A stretch of DNA of 24,000 bases. Origin: Candidatus Amarobacter glycogenicus. GTDB taxonomy: Bacteria > Chloroflexota > Dehalococcoidia > Tepidiformales > Tepidiformaceae. The stretch covers positions 303,391 through 327,390 of the forward strand of contig JADJZF010000003.1 of NCBI GenBank assembly GCA_016719395.1, written 5' to 3'. The translations under genes and the position numbers were made by a program. The notes under the pieces are model-generated. The model saw only the letters and a program-made list of their open reading frames with translations. It ran no database searches and was not told where the DNA came from. Positions 8,937-16,326 of the stretch are shown in pieces (within the stretch, counting starts at the first letter, position 1; every line of letters starts with the position of its first letter).

Positions 8937-10013
8937 CTAGAGCCGCTGGCCGGTCCCTGGGTCGAAGAGGTAGGCGGAACTCAGGGAAGGTTTTAACACC
9001 ACAGTCTCGCCCACGCGTACGAGGCACGCCGGGTCGAGCCGCGCGGTCACATCGCCCGAACCGGTCTCAGCCGTCACGAAGAGGTCGCTACCGTGCGGTT
9101 CTACGAGCCGCACTTCGCCCGCGAGACCGCCGCCACCGGTTGCGGGTTGCCGGTCAAACTGCTCGGGGCGAATTCCCAGCAGGACCGGACCGGGCTTCAG
9201 GTCCGTAGGGACACTGTCAGCCGGGAGCGGCATGGTGAAGCTCTTGCTGACGAACGCTACTGACTCACCCAGGTACACGATTTCGCCCGGGATGAGGTTC
9301 ATCGCCGGGCTGCCGATGAATGTCGCGACGAACGCATTCGCCGGCCTGTCGTAAAGCTCCTGGGGCGGGGCAACCTGCTGAAGCAGGCCGTCCTTCAGGA
9401 CTGCGATGCGTGTGCCCATCGTCATCGCTTCCACCTGATCGTGAGTCACGTAGATCACCGTGGCTTCGAGCCGCCGATGGAGCGCGCTGATCTCCGCCCG
9501 CATCTTGAGCCGCAACTGGGCGTCGAGGTTGCTGAGCGGTTCATCCATCAGGAAGGCGCTCGGACGGCGCACGATGGCGCGCCCCAGTGCGACTCGTTGA
9601 CGTTGGCCACCTGAGAGTTCGCGCGGCTTGCGTTCCAACAGTCCGCCGATGGCGAGCATCTCGGCCGCCTGTACTACCCGTGCCTTGATCTCCTCGCGCG
9701 ATGTCTTCCGCTGCTTCAAGCCGAACGCCAGGTTGTCGTAGACGGTCATGTGCGGGTAGAGGGCGTAGCTCTGGAAGACCATCGCGATGTCTCGCTGGGA
9801 AGGCTCAACGAAAGTCACATCGCGGCCACCGATGGATATGACGCCGGAGGTCGGCGTTTCGAGACCCGCCACCATGCGCAGGGCAGTGGTCTTGCCGCAC
9901 CCGGACGGCCCAACAAGCACGAGGAACTCCCCCTCAGCCACATCGAGACTGAGATTATCGACGGCGCGGACGTTGCCAAAGTGCTTGCTCACCGAATCAA
10001 TTTCAACCGTCAT
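8937..10013 (-). CDS. ABC transporter ATP-binding protein, MalK/UgpC/MsiK-like (CUT1 family)
   Basis: Walker A GPSGCGKTT, signature LSGGQRQR, Walker B FLMDEPLSNLD, and a C-terminal MalK-type regulatory/TOBE-like extension. Confidence 0.9.
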   Translation of the reverse strand: MTVEIDSVSKHFGNVRAVDNLSLDVAEGEFLVLVGPSGCGKTTALRMVAGLETPTSGVISIGGRDVTFVEPSQRDIAMVFQSYALYPHMTVYDNLAFGLKQRKTSREEIKARVVQAAEMLAIGGLLERKPRELSGGQRQRVALGRAIVRRPSAFLMDEPLSNLDAQLRLKMRAEISALHRRLEATVIYVTHDQVEAMTMGTRIAVLKDGLLQQVAPPQELYDRPANAFVATFIGSPAMNLIPGEIVYLGESVAFVSKSFTMPLPADSVPTDLKPGPVLLGIRPEQFDRQPATGGGGLAGEVRLVEPHGSDLFVTAETGSGDVTARLDPACLVRVGETVVLKPSLSSAYLFDPGTGQRL

Positions 10014-10035
10014 TCCGTTACTCCACGCAGGAAAG

Positions 10036-10067
10036 AAGGGGCGGGCGGAGGGGGGAGCCCGCCCCTT
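10036..10067 (-). other. intercistronic GC-rich stem-loop between the binding-protein gene and the ATPase gene
   Basis: Perfect 11-bp stem AAGGGGCGGGC / GCCCGCCCCTT with a 10-nt loop, lying in the 71-nt gap between the stop at 10085 and the start at 10013. Confidence 0.5.
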
Positions 10068-10084
10068 GGACCGAAAGCCGAAGG

Positions 10085-11473
10085 TCAGGCCTTCAGCTTC
10101 GGCTTCACATCGTTCTCATAGGCCTTTTCGAGCTCCTTTTTCACGTCGGGCCAGACGTTCTTGGCGTCTTCGTTGTTGAGGATCATGCGCTCAAGGCCCT
10201 TGCCAAGGATGGCGTCGCCGCCGGGGATGTAGACGCGCGCGGAGTCCTGCGGCTGAGTTTTTGCGAGCTGGTCGATGGCTGTCTTGAACTGAGGCTTCGA
10301 CTTGAGGAACTCGGCCATCGGCCCGGTGACCGCCGACTTCCGCACCGGCATGTAACCCACGTTCTGGGAGTAGTAGGCGGTGTTTTCGGGCTCGGTGATG
10401 AACTTGATGAAGGTCATCGCCGCGACCTTGTTGGCGTCCGGGACAGCCTCAGGGATGCCGAGCCCGGCGCCGCCCGTCGGACAGCCGAACTTCGTCTTCT
10501 CCGGGTAGAAGGCGGTCCCCACTTCGAATTTCGCGTCCCGGAGGACGCCGGCGAGGCCGCCCGTGGACGACAGCATCGAGGCCGTGGTACCGGCGACGAA
10601 GTCAGCTGTCTCGCTGTTCGCAGTCACGTTCGCGTACTTCTTCGAAAAGACCTGGCTCCGGACGTAGTTGCCGGCGTCGATCGCCTGTTGAGAATCGAGG
10701 AGCATCTTGAACTGCTCATCGCTGTAGCGGCCACCAAACTGCCAGATGATGCCTTGAAAGGTCCATGCGGCGTAGCTGTCACCCTTCACGTGGGTGAAGG
10801 CGTACTCGTTTGCACCGGCTTTGGCCTGGAGCTTCGCTCCCCACTCATCCATCTCGTCCCAAGTTTTCGGGCCGCGATCCGGGAGGCCGGCCGCCGACCA
10901 CTTCTGCTTGTTGTAGTAGAAGAGGGGCGTGGAACGGGCGAACGGCATGGCCCACTGTTTTCCGTCGTACTGATAGTCCTTGAAGAGCGTGTCCTGATAG
11001 TCCGCCGTCTCGACTTTAAGCTCCTTCAAGAGGTCATCCATCGGCGTGATCGTCTTGGCGAGGAAGTACTTGAACCACCAGACATCGGAGAGCATGACGA
11101 CGTCGGGGATCTGTTTCGCTGCCAGGCCGGCATTGAACTTCTGGGACACTTCGGCGTAGTTGGCGCCGGCGGTTTCGAGTTTGACCTTAATGTCCGGGTT
11201 CTTGGCCTCGAAGCGCTTGATCAGCTCTTCTTCCACAGCCTTGGAATTGGCCGGATGGACGCTCCAGAAGGTGATCTGGGCGGCCGGCTTCACGCCGCCG
11301 AACTTCGTGGTCGTCGCCGGGCTGGCCGAATTGCCGGCCGTCGAAGCTGGCCCGGTGGTCGCCGGGTCCCCGCCGGTGGTGTCGTCATCGTCATCGCCGC
11401 CGCAGCCGACGAGGCCCAAAGCCGCAGCTCCGCCGGCCATGCCGAGGAGGTGCCTTCTCGTGAGTTTGGACAT
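10085..11473 (-). CDS. ABC transporter extracellular solute-binding lipoprotein (family 1, sugar/glycerol-phosphate type)
   Basis: Start moved to the ATG at 11473. MSKLTRRHLLGMAGGAAALGLVGCGG has a twin-arginine-like n-region plus a lipobox Cys, followed by an Asp/Thr-rich linker. The body resembles family-1 SBPs. Confidence 0.85.
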   Translation of the reverse strand: MSKLTRRHLLGMAGGAAALGLVGCGGDDDDDTTGGDPATTGPASTAGNSASPATTTKFGGVKPAAQITFWSVHPANSKAVEEELIKRFEAKNPDIKVKLETAGANYAEVSQKFNAGLAAKQIPDVVMLSDVWWFKYFLAKTITPMDDLLKELKVETADYQDTLFKDYQYDGKQWAMPFARSTPLFYYNKQKWSAAGLPDRGPKTWDEMDEWGAKLQAKAGANEYAFTHVKGDSYAAWTFQGIIWQFGGRYSDEQFKMLLDSQQAIDAGNYVRSQVFSKKYANVTANSETADFVAGTTASMLSSTGGLAGVLRDAKFEVGTAFYPEKTKFGCPTGGAGLGIPEAVPDANKVAAMTFIKFITEPENTAYYSQNVGYMPVRKSAVTGPMAEFLKSKPQFKTAIDQLAKTQPQDSARVYIPGGDAILGKGLERMILNNEDAKNVWPDVKKELEKAYENDVKPKLKA

Positions 11474-11529
11474 GAAAGTACTCCGTTCCCCTGTTTCGAA
11501 TTGCCTGTGTACCGCCACCAGGGCGGGAA

Positions 11530-12417
11530 TCACCCTTTCACGGACCCGGCCGTCAGGCCCTCCACGATGTGCCTCTGGGCCCACACAAAGAGCGCCAGGA
11601 CCGGCACGATGACGAGCACCGCTCCCGCCATCACCACGCCCCACTGCGTTTGGCCCTCCGAGTTCTGCAACTGCTGCAGACCGAGGGGCAGCGTGCGCAC
11701 CGTGTCATCGGTAGCGATGAGCAGCGGCCAGACGTAGTCGTTCCACTTCTCCACCACCGTGATGAGAACAAATGCGACCAGCGTCGGCCGCGACATCGGA
11801 AGGACGACGCTCCAGAGCATCCGCAAATTGCCCGCACCATCCATCCGCGCGGCCTCGATGACCTCGCGCGGGAGGGTGAGGAAGTGCTGGCGCATGAGGA
11901 ACGTGCCGAAGGCAACGCCCCCGCCCGGGATGATGATCCCCTGGTAGCTGTTTACCCAGCCGAGTTCCGAGACCAGGACGTAGTTGGGGATGAGCGTGAC
12001 CTGTTCCGGCACCATCAGCGCGGCGAGGATGCCCAGGAAGATCAGGTTCTTCTTCGGGAAGTCGAGGAACACCAGCGCGTAGGCAGTCAGCACCCCGTTG
12101 GTTACCTTCAGAAGACTCCCGAGCGACGTCGTGACGATGCTGTTCACGAAGTAACGCTCGAACGGCACGGCGGTCCACGCCTGTCTGAAGTTCTCCCAGG
12201 CGTACGTCTCCGGAAGCCAGGAAATTGGGAGCGTATAGATCTCCTGGCGAGTCTTCACCGATGCCGTCAGCATCCAGAAGAGCGGGGCGCAGATCAGGAG
12301 GACGACGCCGGCCACCAGCGCGTACTGCACCGCTAATCCCAGCCACGACTGCCAGGGCATCCGGCGAGAGCGGGCGGCGCCGGCGGGAAGCGGCTGCCGG
12401 TTGATCACTGTCATCAC
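11530..12417 (-). CDS. ABC transporter permease (MalG/UgpE-like)
   Basis: Six-TM protein with the EAA loop EVIEAARMDGAGNLRMLWSVVLPMSRP. Confidence 0.9.
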   Translation of the reverse strand: MMTVINRQPLPAGAARSRRMPWQSWLGLAVQYALVAGVVLLICAPLFWMLTASVKTRQEIYTLPISWLPETYAWENFRQAWTAVPFERYFVNSIVTTSLGSLLKVTNGVLTAYALVFLDFPKKNLIFLGILAALMVPEQVTLIPNYVLVSELGWVNSYQGIIIPGGGVAFGTFLMRQHFLTLPREVIEAARMDGAGNLRMLWSVVLPMSRPTLVAFVLITVVEKWNDYVWPLLIATDDTVRTLPLGLQQLQNSEGQTQWGVVMAGAVLVIVPVLALFVWAQRHIVEGLTAGSVKG

Positions 12418-12424
12418 TCGACCC

Positions 12425-13333
12425 TCATGAGTAGTGCACCCGTCGTTCGAGGAACCGCACCTGCAGCACCGTTACAACGAGCAGGAAGACGAACAGCACC
12501 GTGGCCACGGTCGACGCTGCCCCTACGCGGTAGTTCACGAATCCCTGCTCGTAAACCTGGTAGACCATCGTCTTGGTGGAGTCGAGCGGGCCGCCCTGAG
12601 TCATCACCCGGATGATGTCGAACGCCTGCATCGAACCCAGGATGCTTGTGACCAGCAAGAAGAACGTGACTGGAGAGAGATGCGGCAGGGTGATCCGGCG
12701 GAACCGTGTGAACGACCCGGCGCCATCGACCCGGGCGGCCTCGTACAGTTCGCGCGGGATTGTCTGGAGCCCGGCGAGGTACACGACGACCGCGTAGCCA
12801 AGGTTCCGCCACGTGTAGACGATGATGACCATCGGCATGGCGTAGTTCGGGTCGTTGTACCAGTTCGGCGATGCGATTCCGAGCCGATCGAGGATTGCTG
12901 CGACCAGCCCGAAACGCGGGTCGAAGACGAAGAGCCAGACGATGCCGATGGCCGCCCCGCTGACCACGTAGGGCGCAAAGAGCACCGTGCGCGCAGCGTC
13001 CCTGCCCCGGAGCCTCCGGTTCAGCAGGAGAGCAAGCATCAACCCGAACACCAGCGTCGAGCAAACGGTCGCGAAAGTGAATACAAACGTGTTGCGAATG
13101 ATGTAGCGGTCAGTTTCGTCCGAGAAATAGTCGGTGTAGTTGTCCATCCCAACCCACGTCTTGGTGGGTGAAATCAAGTCCCAGTTGTAGAACGAAAGAC
13201 GGAATGTTTCGAGGAGTGGTTTGTAGGTGAAAAGCACGAGCAGGACGAGGTTCGGTGAAACGAACGCCAGGAATAGCACCCACTCTTTCCAGGGCAGTTT
13301 TCGCACTCGGCGTCCTGGGATGACGTGTTGCAC
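12425..13333 (-). CDS. ABC transporter permease (MalF/UgpA-like)
   Basis: Multi-TM protein with the EAA loop ELYEAARVDGAGSFTRFRRITLPHLSP. It is the first gene of the minus-strand operon. Confidence 0.9.
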   Translation of the reverse strand: MQHVIPGRRVRKLPWKEWVLFLAFVSPNLVLLVLFTYKPLLETFRLSFYNWDLISPTKTWVGMDNYTDYFSDETDRYIIRNTFVFTFATVCSTLVFGLMLALLLNRRLRGRDAARTVLFAPYVVSGAAIGIVWLFVFDPRFGLVAAILDRLGIASPNWYNDPNYAMPMVIIVYTWRNLGYAVVVYLAGLQTIPRELYEAARVDGAGSFTRFRRITLPHLSPVTFFLLVTSILGSMQAFDIIRVMTQGGPLDSTKTMVYQVYEQGFVNYRVGAASTVATVLFVFLLVVTVLQVRFLERRVHYS

Positions 13334-13399
13334 CTGCGGAAGACTGACTCCTGAGCATTAACGGTATTGCAACAGTCTGCGATCGGAGTGTTAGCAGAT

Positions 13400-13418
13400 C
13401 TTCACCTGCCAGGTGAAG
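13400..13418. promoter_or_regulatory. perfect 19-bp palindrome CTTCACCTG-C-CAGGTGAAG in the divergent ABC/DUF1385 intergenic region
   Basis: Read directly. It lies 67 nt upstream of the permease start at 13333 and 102 nt upstream of the DUF1385 start. Confidence 0.3.
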
Positions 13419-13519
13419 CGTCCTCACCATGAACTGGCCGCGAAGGCGCAAACTGACGACAATGGCAGTTCAACAAGAAGGCCCCTCCATGCGGGAGGCG
13501 GCCCACGTTAGGCGGATTC

Positions 13520-14512
13520 ATGGCGGCAGCAAACCCACCGGCCCCACCGGCGAACGTCTACTTCGGTGGCCAGGCCGTCATCGAAGGTGTCATGATCCGC
13601 GGGCCCGAGCACATGGCCGTGGCAGTCCGCCACCCGAAGGGCCACATCGTCACGCACTCCGAGAAGCTCGGCGGAATCTACACCGGGCGCTCGCGCCGCA
13701 TCCCGCTGATGCGGGGCGTCGTGGTCCTCTGGGAAACGATGGCCCTCGGCATGCGCGCGCTGAACTACTCGTCGCGCATCGCCTTCGAAGAAGACACGGA
13801 CGAGAACGGAGAGCCGGCCGAGTTCCCGGAAAAGGTGTTCTTCGGGACGATGGCGTTGGCGCTCGTGTTCGTGGTCGGGATCTTCTTCGCCGGGCCGATC
13901 CTGCTCGCGAACCTGCTCGAGATGGTCGACGCCCACCGCATCGTGATCGTCGCGGTCGAAGGCGTCGTGCGGCTCGTCTTGTTCGTCGGCTACATCTGGC
14001 TGATTGGCCTCGTGCCGGATATCCGCCGCGTCTTCCAGTACCACGGCGCCGAACACATGACCATCCACGCCTACGAGGCGCGGAAACCGCTCATCGTCTC
14101 CGAGATTCGCCCGTTCCCGAAGGAGCACACGCGCTGCGGCACGAGCTTCCTCCTCGTCGTCGTCTTCGTGGCCCTCATCACCTTCTTCATCTTCGACCTG
14201 CTCGTCGACAAGGGGCTCATCGTCCGGACGGCCTCACGAATCGTCTTCATGCCGATCGTCGCAGGCATCAGCTATGAGATCCTTCGCATCGGCGCGCGCT
14301 TTGGCGGGAACTGGTTCGTACATGCGATGTTTGTCCCGAACATCGCCCTCCAGGCACTGACCACGAAGGTCCCCGACGACGGCCAGATCGAAGTGGCGAT
14401 CGCCTCGTTCAAGGCGACGCTGGAAGCCGCGGGGCTTGGACCGATGCCTGAAGAGGACGGCGAACACCGGGAGATTGCCGGAGCGCTGGCGGCGTCCCCG
14501 CCGCTGGACTGA
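13520..14512 (+). CDS. DUF1385 domain-containing membrane protein (YqhQ-like)
   Basis: N-terminal YFGGQAVIEGVMIRG and the later QYHGAEHMTIHAYE motif, plus several TM helices, match my recollection of the DUF1385 family. Confidence 0.75.
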   Translation: MAAANPPAPPANVYFGGQAVIEGVMIRGPEHMAVAVRHPKGHIVTHSEKLGGIYTGRSRRIPLMRGVVVLWETMALGMRALNYSSRIAFEEDTDENGEPAEFPEKVFFGTMALALVFVVGIFFAGPILLANLLEMVDAHRIVIVAVEGVVRLVLFVGYIWLIGLVPDIRRVFQYHGAEHMTIHAYEARKPLIVSEIRPFPKEHTRCGTSFLLVVVFVALITFFIFDLLVDKGLIVRTASRIVFMPIVAGISYEILRIGARFGGNWFVHAMFVPNIALQALTTKVPDDGQIEVAIASFKATLEAAGLGPMPEEDGEHREIAGALAASPPLD

Positions 14513-14687
14513 AGTGCCACTCGTGATGAGAACCATGGCTTCGGCGCTTTCAGCGCGGGGGGCCGGCGCGGGCGGGGCCGACCAGGCGAACACCTGGCAT
14601 CGTTGAACTCGGCGTTGTGCATTGTCCAATCGTAGAGGGAGCGGTGTGGTGGGCGGTAATCTTCACGTTATGGCTCTCCACATTTTA

Positions 14688-14705
14688 GAACGTTTGTTCT
14701 ATACT
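14688..14705 (+). promoter_or_regulatory. LexA (Cheo-type) SOS box GAACGTTTGTTC abutting a TATACT -10 hexamer, upstream of imuB
   Basis: GAAC-N4-GTTC at 14688-14699 and TATACT at 14700-14705. The ATG follows only 10 nt later with no SD, which implies a near-leaderless mRNA. The same composite is found upstream of dnaE2. Confidence 0.75.
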
Positions 14706-14715
14706 CCCAGATCCC

Positions 14716-15996
14716 ATGGACGTGGCCTGCCTCATCGTGCCGAACTTCCTCGTGGCGCTGGCCCGCCGCGAACATCCCGAGCTGGCGAAACGCCCGGTGG
14801 TGGTTGGCGGCGCCCCGGAAGAGCACGCGGCAGTGACCGCCTGTTCGCCCGAAGCCGCGGCTGCCGGCGTCACCGTGGGGACGACGCTCCGCCGGGCGCT
14901 GGCGCTCTGTTCGGACGCCGTCTTCCTCCCGCTGCAGGAGGGGTTTGCGCGCGCCGAAGCCCAGGTCCTCGCCGAACTCGTTCGCAACCGCAGCCCGCTG
15001 GTCGAATCCGTGGGCCCGGGGCACCTGCACTTCGAAGTCCGTGGCCTCCCCCGCCTGGCGGGCCTCAGTGACGAGGAGTACCTGGAGCAGTTCCAGGAGA
15101 GCATTGCCGCGCGCACCCGCCTGCCGGTGCACCTGGGCGCAGCAGTGAGCGTGTTCGCAGCCCATGTGGCAGCGCTCAAGCCCTCACCTCCAGGCCCCCT
15201 TCCCCAGGCTCGGGAACGAGGGAGCAACCTGCGCGCCGCGAAATCAATCGTCAATCCACAATCCACAATCCGAAATTGGACGCTTGTACCGGGCGCGAGC
15301 GAGCGGGAGTTTCTCGCAACGGCACCCGTGGATGTGTTGCCTGTGGACCCGGTTATGCACCTGCGGCTGCGGCTATTTGGGCTGGAGTGGCTGGGCCAGG
15401 TGGCAGAGATACCCATTTCGGCGATGCAGGCGCAGTTCGGGGCAGATGGCACGCGGGCAAGGGGCCTCGCGCGGGGAGAAGACCACTCGCGCATTGTCCC
15501 GGAGCGGGAAGAAATACGCGTGACCGAGGAGATCGAACTGCCGGCTCCCGCCGCCACCAGCGAACCACTGGTGGCGGGCACCGAGGCACTCCTCCAGCGG
15601 GCTCTCGGGCATGCGGATGTGCGCGGGCAGACGGTCCGGCGGGTCGATTGGTGGCTCGCACTGGAGAGCGGCGAGCAGGTCACCCGGCGGGTGGTCTTTC
15701 GCGAACCCACAAGCGATGTGCGCCGGATGGTCTTCGTCCTCCGCGGGAAGATCGAACGACTCGCACTCGATTCCGCAGCCGTCGGCCTGGGCGTTGCGCT
15801 CTCCGGCCTCTGCAGCGAATACGCCCACCAGGGAAACCTCTGGCAGCTTGGCCCGCGTCGCCAGCGCGAACTCGACGACGCAATCGAACAACTGAACACG
15901 CGAGCCGGCGAACCACAGGTCTACCGCGTCGTGGAGGTCCAACCATGGTCGAGAATCCCCGAACGGCAGGTGGCACTGGTGGCCTACGGCTCCTGA
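14716..15996 (+). CDS. imuB: ImuB-like inactive Y-family DNA polymerase (core domains; C-terminal domain is out of frame downstream)
   Basis: Y-family fold pattern, but the catalytic acidic residues are replaced. IVPNF stands in place of DMDxFF, and VGPGHLHFEV in place of SLDEAYLDV. A clamp-motif-like QGNLWQ and an ...RIPERQ... segment lie near the end. Confidence 0.8.
   Translation: MDVACLIVPNFLVALARREHPELAKRPVVVGGAPEEHAAVTACSPEAAAAGVTVGTTLRRALALCSDAVFLPLQEGFARAEAQVLAELVRNRSPLVESVGPGHLHFEVRGLPRLAGLSDEEYLEQFQESIAARTRLPVHLGAAVSVFAAHVAALKPSPPGPLPQARERGSNLRAAKSIVNPQSTIRNWTLVPGASEREFLATAPVDVLPVDPVMHLRLRLFGLEWLGQVAEIPISAMQAQFGADGTRARGLARGEDHSRIVPEREEIRVTEEIELPAPAATSEPLVAGTEALLQRALGHADVRGQTVRRVDWWLALESGEQVTRRVVFREPTSDVRRMVFVLRGKIERLALDSAAVGLGVALSGLCSEYAHQGNLWQLGPRRQRELDDAIEQLNTRAGEPQVYRVVEVQPWSRIPERQVALVAYGS
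15180..15272. repeat. GC-rich palindromic element inserted in frame in imuB, ending in four tandem heptamers CAATCGT/CAATCCA/CAATCCA/CAATCCG
   Basis: Starts with GCCCTCACC...GCCCCC...GGGAACGAGGGAG...TCAATCGT. It encodes the low-complexity segment PSPPGPLPQARERGSN... A related copy lies at 21431-21503. Confidence 0.45.
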
Positions 15997-16274
15997 ACCA
16001 GCCGAAACCGGCCGCGGTGGAAGCAAATGCACATGGCGAGCCGGACGCTGTCGTTGTCCAGGGCCGCTTCCAGCGCGTCCGCGCTATCCAGGATAGCTGG
16101 CGAATCGACGACGAGTGGTGGCGCGAAGAGATCGCCCGCCGCTACTTCGCTGTCGAACTCGAAAACGGCCGCAAACTCACCGTCTACCACGACCTCGTCG
16201 GCGGCGGCTGGTTCGCCCAGGCGTACGACGGACCGCAGCCGGCGAAAGGCACTCCCAACAAGCGCCGCGACTGA
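15945..16274 (+). CDS. ImuB C-terminal domain, encoded in the -1 frame relative to the imuB core (separate small protein or frameshifted tail)
   Basis: LRLLNQPKPAAVEA...DSWRIDDEWWREEIARRYFAVELENGRKLTVYHDLVGGGWFAQAYDG resembles the conserved RLL..P.P / ERI..EWW / RDYY.VE..G / WFLHG C-terminus of ImuB proteins (from memory). The ATG at 15945 has GGAGG 7 nt upstream. Confidence 0.6.
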   Translation: MVENPRTAGGTGGLRLLNQPKPAAVEANAHGEPDAVVVQGRFQRVRAIQDSWRIDDEWWREEIARRYFAVELENGRKLTVYHDLVGGGWFAQAYDGPQPAKGTPNKRRD

Positions 16275-16326
16275 TCGTAAGCTTCGGTGGCTTCGTACCT
16301 GTATCACCACCACGGGAGAACCCCCT

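Noticed and set aside
11474-11644. 57-codon N-terminal extension of the solute-binding protein
   Set aside because: It overlaps the upstream permease gene. The internal ATG at 11473 gives a textbook twin-arginine/lipobox signal peptide.
10688-13171. Plus-strand ORFs of 349, 255 and 245 aa overlapping the ABC operon
   Set aside because: These are antisense shadows of well-supported permease and binding-protein genes. There are no domains and no RBS.
13429-14277. 282-aa ORF in an alternative frame over the DUF1385 gene, and a 206-aa antisense ORF at 13508-14128
   Set aside because: The translations are Arg/Pro-rich nonsense. The DUF1385 frame carries the conserved GGQAVIEGV and HGAEH motifs.
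14685-15899. 404-aa minus-strand ORF opposite imuB, and the 5' two thirds (15276-15944) of the 332-aa frame-0 ORF
   Set aside because: Both are low-complexity Arg/Ser/Ala/Pro strings. Only the last roughly 110 codons of the frame-0 ORF show ImuB C-terminal similarity.
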